Positions 28,053 through 33,734 of a stretch of DNA of 33,734 nucleotides are shown piece after piece; position 1 is the stretch's first letter, and each line of letters starts with the position of its first letter. The notes beneath the pieces were generated by a model that was not told where the DNA came from, ran no database searches, and saw only the letters and a program-made list of their open reading frames with translations. The position numbers and the translations under genes were made by a program. The stretch is from a virus (lineage: Duplodnaviria; Caudoviricetes): positions 1-33,734 of IMG/VR virus record IMGVR_UViG_3300047403_000087; one strand, written 5' to 3'.

Positions 28053-28386
28053 GGATTTCTTCTCTCATAAGTTTTATAGCTTCCTCAATGGGCATGGCAA
28101 CTAGCCAACCCTTACCATCTGCCCGAAAAGCGATTACAGGGCGTTCTGACTCGTTTTGGAGGCTTTTTTGAGCCTCCTCCAACCATTCATAAATTAATCC
28201 AATACGTTTTCGGCGTTTGATCTCCCATCTATACGGCTGAGTCAAAATATCAGCACCTTTATCGCGCTCTTGGCCTAAAAGCCTATTGACTTTATATCCT
28301 AACACATCCGTTAATAGATTAGCAATCTCCCGCTCCCCTTCCTGGCCGCGCTGACGGTTACGTTTCCCGCGTTGATTAGCGTTCAT
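28009..28386 (-). CDS. Holliday junction resolvase, PD-(D/E)XK (Hjc-like) type
   Basis: R.RG..GERE.A, GADI, WEIKR, W..EA and PV.AFR motifs. Confidence 0.8.
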   Translation of the reverse strand: MNANQRGKRNRQRGQEGEREIANLLTDVLGYKVNRLLGQERDKGADILTQPYRWEIKRRKRIGLIYEWLEEAQKSLQNESERPVIAFRADGKGWLVAMPIEEAIKLMREEIHETNVKSREAGKVY

Positions 28387-29126
28387 GGATTGGCAGATTG
28401 CAACAACTGTCCTTCAAACGAATAGGTTCCTATGTGTCTCAAGGATGCCCAGGGAGCCGCGTAGACTTTCCCTCCATAGCGCCGCCAAAGGTTGCAGAAA
28501 TGATAATCTTCAGAAAGCAGCCTACGGGTTCCGTCCTCTATGCTGGTGGCGAAGTATTCTTTAATTTCGTCTTGCTTAATACTTCCAGATAGGTCAGTTA
28601 CATCGTTGACGTAGACGGGAACTTTGTCTGCAAGATGTTCAAAAACCTGACGCTTGATAAGCATGAACCCCGTACCACCATTCCATATTTCGACAGGTTG
28701 ATTGATTGGTACAGTAACGCTTGGTGAGTAATCAACCAGATTGACGACGAATTGTCCCGTATGATTTTTTAATTGATCGACAGGAACTCCGGCATCAAAA
28801 GCATCCTTGACACTTTGCCAGTTAATTTCTTTCTTTGGATAAATTCCGCAGATGATATCAACGTCTGATTCGATCATTGGCAAAATATCATGTGCCTGAA
28901 AATGAATGTCCGCATCAATGAACATAAGGTGCGTTGCATCCGATTTCAAAAAGTTGTGTGCCAATGCGTTCCGCGCTCTTGTAATCAATGATTCATTGAA
29001 CATAAAGCTCATTACACAATCAACACCCTGTGTTTTGAGTAGGTTGTTCAGTTGAATCAATGACTGAGCATAAAACCCGGTGCATTGACCGCCATACATG
29101 GGCGTCGCTATAAATATTTTATTCAT
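28383..29126 (-). CDS. GT-A fold glycosyltransferase-like protein
   Basis: IFIATPMYGG, ESLITRARN, HLMFIDADI (DxD), GTGFMLIKR.VF, LSEDY.FC and H.G motifs. Confidence 0.8.
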   Translation of the reverse strand: MNKIFIATPMYGGQCTGFYAQSLIQLNNLLKTQGVDCVMSFMFNESLITRARNALAHNFLKSDATHLMFIDADIHFQAHDILPMIESDVDIICGIYPKKEINWQSVKDAFDAGVPVDQLKNHTGQFVVNLVDYSPSVTVPINQPVEIWNGGTGFMLIKRQVFEHLADKVPVYVNDVTDLSGSIKQDEIKEYFATSIEDGTRRLLSEDYHFCNLWRRYGGKVYAAPWASLRHIGTYSFEGQLLQSANP

Positions 29127-29365
29127 CAGAATGGAACGTCCTCATCTTTTCGATTAATTTCTTTTGGGTATTGATTTGCTTGATTTGCAAATTGATTCAC
29201 TGACAAAGAAATTAATTCACCATAAGCACTCATTCTTTTCCATGCGCTCAATTTGATTATTTTCCCATCAACCATGACTTGTCCCTTAAAATCTGGCGCT
29301 CGTTCATTACCCCTTTTGTCGCTGGAAAATAAAACTCCTTTTCCTTCTTCGGGTGCTTTAGTCAT
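29126..29365 (-). CDS. OB-fold single-stranded DNA-binding-like protein with acidic tail
   Basis: G.LF...K....PDFKG...I.LSAW...ISLSV and a C-terminal DEDVPF tip. AGGA upstream of ATG 29365 supports this start. Confidence 0.65.
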   Translation of the reverse strand: MTKAPEEGKGVLFSSDKRGNERAPDFKGQVMVDGKIIKLSAWKRMSAYGELISLSVNQFANQANQYPKEINRKDEDVPF

Positions 29366-29573
29366 CTCTATTCCTTTTAAATTTATCAACACCAATTGAA
29401 ATCAACATTCCTTTTTCCGTATGTCGTATCCATCCACCAATCTTTATCAATTCTCCTTTATATAAAAGTTCCCCTTTCAAATCAGGCGAATGTTCATCTA
29501 CTTTGTCAAAGTTAGTAAAAAGCGCACCTTTTCCCTCGATGACTCGTTTGGTTTTGTATTGAAAATCATCCAT
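29358..29573 (-). CDS. SSB-like paralogue lacking the acidic tail
   Basis: EGKGALF...PDLKG...G.LIKIGGW.R...G.LISIGV aligns with the neighbouring gene. Confidence 0.65.
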   Translation of the reverse strand: MDDFQYKTKRVIEGKGALFTNFDKVDEHSPDLKGELLYKGELIKIGGWIRHTEKGMLISIGVDKFKRNRDD

Positions 29574-29793
29574 TATTTTCCTTTATCAATTTGTATCTTG
29601 CATAACGTTTTCCCCTGTCATTAATCATTTCCATTGAAATGGAATGTCCTTCACGTTTTAAATCATCAATGCGAGCCGCAAGCCTCATACATTTTGCATC
29701 TCTGAGAGCATCCATGGGAGTGATCGGCCCTCTACGCAACATTGATAGAATTAAATTTGTTTGTTTATTTCCTTGTTGAACTCGTCGGCCCAC
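29566..29793 (-). CDS. winged helix-turn-helix protein
   Basis: IL..L..G.ITP.DAL....C.RLAARI.DL...G..I...YA.Y.L pattern. Confidence 0.8.
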   Translation of the reverse strand: MGRRVQQGNKQTNLILSMLRRGPITPMDALRDAKCMRLAARIDDLKREGHSISMEMINDRGKRYARYKLIKENNG

Positions 29794-30647
29794 TCCTGTA
29801 CCGACTGAGACTTTTTTTCAGACTGATCCTCCACCTTTATTTTTTTTGCAATCTCAGCGTAAATGCTGCTGGCTTCAACCAATCCAATTCGCTGAAACGT
29901 TGTTGTGTTGGAACGTTTCAACTGATCTAGTTTTTCCGCTTTCTGATCCGCTGGCATTTTGCTAGATACCACGCGGTTTACCATTTCCATGAATGCGCTT
30001 ACCCAATCCGCTTTGGAGTTGAGAACCGTTGATCCTTTATTTGGAACAACAAATTCCCATTCTTCGATCACATTATCAGGCATATCCTCGATAGTGCTCA
30101 TGACAGGTTTTTTAACGTCCGCAGCATCGACGATCTGCACGTTACCCATGTCTTTAACCGGTGGGCGTTGAACATCAAAATCCTGAACCTCCTCCGGCGT
30201 ATAAATGCCAACCACGCAACCAGGGAAAACTGTCCGAATTCCCTCACTGATGACTCTCGCTCGGAGCATGGCCCTGGGGTAATTTTTCCAATTATCTTTT
30301 TCTGCCAAACCAATGCGTTTGGCTTGATCTATTGTCCAAGAAATTGTCACCCCGCCGCCAGCCGGATGAGAAAACGTGGCTTTTACCTCTTGGTCGGTGT
30401 AAACGTCCCAGTTAATTTTTCCACCTGTAGACTGAAATCGAGCGAGCATTGCATCAGCTTTGAGAGCTGGCCTGCCCTGAATAACGTGATAGTCCCTAGC
30501 GGCGATTGCCGGGTGCATACCCTCGGCCTGGGCAATCAGCATCAAAGCAATTGCCTGATCTGCATTTTTCATTCCGAATAAACCGCTTTTGGCAACAGCA
30601 TTGCCCATGAATTGAATTTCATCCATCGTTACCAGTGCATTACTCAT
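29751..30647 (-). CDS. RecT/Red-beta-like single-strand annealing protein
   Basis: AKSGLF, A....HVIQGRPAL.A.AM, WTIDQAKRIGL, W..YP.AML..R..S...R..FP....G.Y.PEE motifs; near the YqaJ exonuclease. Confidence 0.8.
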   Translation of the reverse strand: MSNALVTMDEIQFMGNAVAKSGLFGMKNADQAIALMLIAQAEGMHPAIAARDYHVIQGRPALKADAMLARFQSTGGKINWDVYTDQEVKATFSHPAGGGVTISWTIDQAKRIGLAEKDNWKNYPRAMLRARVISEGIRTVFPGCVVGIYTPEEVQDFDVQRPPVKDMGNVQIVDAADVKKPVMSTIEDMPDNVIEEWEFVVPNKGSTVLNSKADWVSAFMEMVNRVVSSKMPADQKAEKLDQLKRSNTTTFQRIGLVEASSIYAEIAKKIKVEDQSEKKSQSVQEWADEFNKEINKQI

Positions 30648-30880
30648 TTTGATTCCTTTTTAATAAATGGGATTTTTAGTTTTTTCTGGTTTTTTCCTGG
30701 GAAAAGTTCCTCAGCGCATACCAGATTTCCAGCGACGTAATAACTTATCCTACCGTAATGATTTTTATGTACTTTATCAACCACACCGACATAGGGTTTC
30801 CCCCGATGTTCAAACGGATAAATTGCAACTACATCTCCAACCTTAACATATTTTTTTTTCCAATCAATACCGTGTTTCAT
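30644..30880 (-). CDS. small SH3/KOW-like hypothetical protein
   Basis: VKVGDVV...G.V..V...Y.V pattern; ATGA coupling on both sides. Confidence 0.65.
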   Translation of the reverse strand: MKHGIDWKKKYVKVGDVVAIYPFEHRGKPYVGVVDKVHKNHYGRISYYVAGNLVCAEELFPGKNQKKLKIPFIKKESK

Positions 30881-31767
30881 TTCACCAAAAACCTTCTGGA
30901 ACCTTCAACCTCTTTGACATACATTTTATAGGTTTCGGGTAATGCTTTTTCAAATGCTTTGGCATCGAATTTCATGGAGTTTTTTGCTTGCTTCCACGTA
31001 ACCAAAGTTCCGTTATTTCCATCAAGAATTGATTTTTTCCCCATGAAAGTCATGATTCGAGTGGTGAGTGTTATCTCATCTTTTTCAAGTTTCGCAATCT
31101 GATCCTTGATAGCTCGCAGTTGCATCGCATCCATTTCAATGTTGGGCGTTGCGACGATTGACGTTCCATCATCGGATTTCATAATCGCTCTTAAATCGTC
31201 TGGATGTCTTGCTGCTGGTGGAGTGCGCGTTTGAATCGCAGCCCAAAGTTCTGCTTCCTGCTGGATCAAAACTTCTTTGTGGGCATCTTCAATGTTTATG
31301 GGATAAATGCACAGTTCCGCGCCTCCAAACAAAACGCAAAGATTTACATTTTGAACATTGAACACCGCAGCTTCGTGGATACATTGGGCCAAATCAGCGT
31401 CGGGAATGCGCGTTGATCCGTTATCACCGAATTTATCCCTGTTGTACGCCGAATAATTTTTTATTTCAAATAGAGTTTTATTGTCCTCGCTCACATAGTC
31501 GAAATGGCTTCGCATCCATGGGTGCTTATGGTGAGTGCCTTCAATGTCCAGCTCTTTGAGCCGGATGTTGAGCCTGTCAGCGACTGCTGTGGCAATCGGA
31601 GCCTGGAGCCTCAATCCCCATTGGACGTTTTCCTGGTCAGAAATGTCCTCGATTTCTTTCTGGCCGGTTTTTTCCAGCCATACTTGACCGATGCGCCCGG
31701 ATGCAATGCGCCGAGCATCGCCCGACCAGATTGCAGAGTTCCTGTTTTCAGGTGAGAAGTCAGCCAT
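30877..31767 (-). CDS. YqaJ-like viral recombination exonuclease
   Basis: R...I.S.DA, WLEKTG, WG..L...I, HPWM.SH.D, EIK and Q motifs. GGAG SD supports a start at 31767. Confidence 0.88.
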   Translation of the reverse strand: MADFSPENRNSAIWSGDARRIASGRIGQVWLEKTGQKEIEDISDQENVQWGLRLQAPIATAVADRLNIRLKELDIEGTHHKHPWMRSHFDYVSEDNKTLFEIKNYSAYNRDKFGDNGSTRIPDADLAQCIHEAAVFNVQNVNLCVLFGGAELCIYPINIEDAHKEVLIQQEAELWAAIQTRTPPAARHPDDLRAIMKSDDGTSIVATPNIEMDAMQLRAIKDQIAKLEKDEITLTTRIMTFMGKKSILDGNNGTLVTWKQAKNSMKFDAKAFEKALPETYKMYVKEVEGSRRFLVK

Positions 31768-31957
31768 TATTTTTCTCCAAGGCATTGATAAATTCTTTTA
31801 GGTTATCAAAATCAGTTTGTTTTAATTTTCCGAATTGTTCTACAAAATCAAATAAATCATCAACATCTACATTGATGCTGAGATTGATTTTAGAGATATT
31901 CCTGATTCGGATTGCCTGTTCTATTTTTGCATCGTTTACATAGATATCGAATAGCAT
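31760..31957 (-). CDS. hypothetical protein
   Basis: Coupled to neighbouring genes. Confidence 0.6.
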   Translation of the reverse strand: MLFDIYVNDAKIEQAIRIRNISKINLSINVDVDDLFDFVEQFGKLKQTDFDNLKEFINALEKNNG

Positions 31958-31958
31958 T

Positions 31959-32246
31959 TTAAGTTCCTGGTTTCAATGGTTTTCCGGTCAAATCCAAATC
32001 ACCATCAAACGATGGTGGTGGATATTCCCTGTGATCTGGGAAACTCACTTTCTTTTTTTTGAAGTGGATTCCTTCTGGTTTGCATCTACCAGCAGAATGG
32101 CGCTCGGTGTCACAGAACGGCATCAGTTGACTTCCATCGACGGGATTGACCTCGGGGGATCGGCTGCACCTCGCGTAGAGCGGATCGTCCTCACGGATGA
32201 GTGATTTCTGAAAAAATTCACAATTGATACAGAATCGGTCTGACAT
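31959..32246 (-). CDS. Cys-rich hypothetical protein
   Basis: AGGA SD; CINC.F...C......V.G.....C..ER.....C...G..F family pattern. Confidence 0.75.
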   Translation of the reverse strand: MSDRFCINCEFFQKSLIREDDPLYARCSRSPEVNPVDGSQLMPFCDTERHSAGRCKPEGIHFKKKKVSFPDHREYPPPSFDGDLDLTGKPLKPGT

Positions 32247-32291
32247 ATTTTTTTCCTATAAGTTATTGATACATGGTTATGCTACTAAGTG

Positions 32292-32483
32292 TTACAGGTG
32301 CTTACTACTTCTTTTTGATAGCTTACTCCAATACTTACCCATGTCATTGGGTAACCATCGTTTGAATTTCATCAGGTCAACGCCATCAGGGACATACCAG
32401 GACTTCCTTGCCATATCCCATCGTGCGCCTAATGCTTTGGCATTGTCTTTTTGTGCGTAAGGGACTTCGATGTAAGTTTTCAT
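32292..32483 (-). CDS. DUF5710-like protein
   Basis: Y..VPYA.KD.AKALGARWD...K.WYVP...DL..F.RW motif. Confidence 0.85.
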   Translation of the reverse strand: MKTYIEVPYAQKDNAKALGARWDMARKSWYVPDGVDLMKFKRWLPNDMGKYWSKLSKRSSKHL

Positions 32484-32672
32484 TTTTGACCATAGGTATT
32501 GCCCTTATCAGGTGATACGCACCTGCTAAGGTCTACTGCTTGTCTGCCAGCATTCAGGGCTGGTATCACCTGACCGGGTGTTATGGGCCACACTTGCCCG
32601 GATTTGTTTGTTGGTCATATCTTGGGTTCACCCGACCACCGGCATGAAGCTAACGCGCCCTGACGGACTGCG

Positions 32673-32762
32673 AAAAAAAACCCCTACGACTGGGTTCCAG
32701 GTCGCGGTGGAGGTGAGCGTATCCAAGAAGCTCAACACAACCGAAACCCATGCGTAGGGGTT
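32673..32762 (-). ncRNA. C4/CI-like antisense RNA or attenuator hairpin
   Basis: Stem AACCCCTACG/CGTAGGGGTT extended by TGGGTT/AACCCA, an inner hairpin TGAGC/GCTCA, and U8 at the 3' end. The loop and bulge are complementary to flanking sites. Confidence 0.6.
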
Positions 32763-32818
32763 CGCTTGGATACATTCGCGCTTCCACACGCGGCCTGTTC
32801 TTTCTCACAGACAAACGG

Positions 32819-32849
32819 ATGCTAACACATAATCCCATGGTGCTGTCAA
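32819..32849 (-). promoter_or_regulatory. sigma70-like promoter for the early/recombination operon
   Basis: On the - strand, TTGACA, 19 nt, TAGCAT with an extended -10 TGn. The spacer is longer than ideal. Confidence 0.45.
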
Positions 32850-33130
32850 CCCCTTGCCAGTGCTTTTTGCACAATCGGGTCAGCTAACTTCCTAGCAACC
32901 CGCTCCCTGGTTTCTGCGCTCCGCGCCTCATAGTGGCGCAGGGCATTGTGCAGGCATAACGCCAGGGTTTTCTCATGGGCAATCGGCTCAAGGGCGAAAG
33001 GTTTTCGGGCGCTCCAACCGCAACCCGTGGGCTGCGTGAAATGGACAACGTAATCCTCCCCGAAACAGGCAACCCACTTGTCACCCTTGCGGATCAGGTC
33101 GTGTCCCAGCAGCTTTATTTCTTCGTTCAT
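32846..33130 (-). CDS. hypothetical protein (MNEEIKLLG...)
   Basis: ATGA overlap with the upstream stop supports a start at 33130. Confidence 0.6.
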   Translation of the reverse strand: MNEEIKLLGHDLIRKGDKWVACFGEDYVVHFTQPTGCGWSARKPFALEPIAHEKTLALCLHNALRHYEARSAETRERVARKLADPIVQKALARG

Positions 33131-33315
33131 GGTTGCCCCCGACTGAGGGCGGCGCGGCGCAGGGTTCCCATTTCGTCCTCCCATTCGTCATCCGGCGCAT
33201 CATGGACGGCAGCGGCAGCATAGGCGTCAGCGGAGGCATAGGCGGCATCCAGGGCGGCAACCTCTCCCATTAGGTGATCCATTTCTTCCTTTGTCATGTT
33301 ATCTCGATATTTCAT
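33127..33315 (-). CDS. hypothetical protein
   Basis: AGGGGG SD; coupled to neighbours. Confidence 0.6.
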   Translation of the reverse strand: MKYRDNMTKEEMDHLMGEVAALDAAYASADAYAAAAVHDAPDDEWEDEMGTLRRAALSRGQP

Positions 33316-33316
33316 G

Positions 33317-33442
33317 TTAACCCCCTATAGAAAAAAGTAGTACCACTGTCATCCAAAACCCTGCAATTAGCAGTGCAGCTAGGGGAACCAGGGCGAACCA
33401 ACCTAGCAGGTCGTTGGCAGTCCTGCGCCATGGGGCGGTCAT
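33317..33442 (-). CDS. 41-aa single-TM peptide (MTAPWRRTANDLLGWFALVPLAALLIAGFWMTVVLLFSIGG)
   Basis: Translated by hand; ATGA overlap upstream; the stop is 1 nt from the next ATG. Confidence 0.6.
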   Translation of the reverse strand: MTAPWRRTANDLLGWFALVPLAALLIAGFWMTVVLLFSIGG

Positions 33443-33696
33443 GCGTCCCCCTTAGCCTTCAAGAGGGCTGCACGGGCTGCAGCCATGGCGCGAGGGCACT
33501 CGTCAGGCTTCCCGTCCCCGTTAATTAGCAGGGACAGGGCAGCCACCATATCGGGCACGGCAGCGATTAGCCTGGCATCGGCCTCCGTGCGAGTGGTGCA
33601 TACGGTAATCGGGTTCCCGTCGTGATCTATGGCCGTTACATAGCCGAATTGCGATGCAGAAGCCTTCCATGGGCCAGGTGTATGCTTAATTGTCAT
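33439..33696 (-). CDS. early phage protein of the HTPGPW...A.LIAA.P family
   Basis: KHTPGPW and DARLIAAVPDM..AL motifs; AAAGG SD. Confidence 0.8.
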   Translation of the reverse strand: MTIKHTPGPWKASASQFGYVTAIDHDGNPITVCTTRTEADARLIAAVPDMVAALSLLINGDGKPDECPRAMAAARAALLKAKGDA

Positions 33697-33734
33697 AATT
33701 AACCTTTAATAGATAATTGATATATGGGAAGAAG

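Noticed and set aside
32500-32580. tRNA or hammerhead ribozyme
   Set aside because: Multi-stem, but no T-loop (TTCRA), D-loop or CCA, and no CUGANGA/GAAA core.
32650-32874. 74-aa CDS
   Set aside because: It overlaps the predicted promoter and RNA stems, and its RRGFF segment is just the hairpin/U-tract translated. A shorter leader from 32775 cannot be excluded.
1-33734. Alternative genetic code, or terminal repeats implying a complete circular genome
   Set aside because: Genes are intact and tightly coupled under code 11 with all three stops in use, and the two window ends share no visible sequence.

Overview
This window is most of the genome of a small tailed dsDNA phage with podovirus-like organisation, about 40% GC by eye. 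Two transcription arms converge near position 26960. The + strand (about 316-26951) carries a GT2 glycosyltransferase, terminase large subunit, portal, scaffold, major capsid protein, decoration and adaptor proteins, a nozzle, two tail fibres, four putative ejection proteins, a membrane-protein/holin/lysozyme cassette and many tiny basic peptides. The - strand (33696 down to 26969) carries early genes, a structured non-coding leader with C4/CI-like antisense architecture, a YqaJ exonuclease, a RecT-like annealase, an HTH protein, two tandem SSB-like paralogues, a second glycosyltransferase and a Holliday-junction resolvase. This arm ends in a predicted Sm/LSm-fold gene followed by a near-perfect 25x hexamer repeat encoding an RS/GS/WS dipeptide peptide. 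No integrase, repressor, DNA polymerase, helicase, primase, tape measure protein or clear small terminase is visible. The strongest leads are: (1) the Sm-like protein plus RS-repeat pair, (2) the C4/CI-like RNA switch, (3) two protamine-like micro-ORFs flanking an H-type pseudoknot ahead of the capsid genes, and (4) two glycosyltransferases together with N-X-S/T-rich virion proteins. All product calls come from motif recognition and gene order, not database searches.
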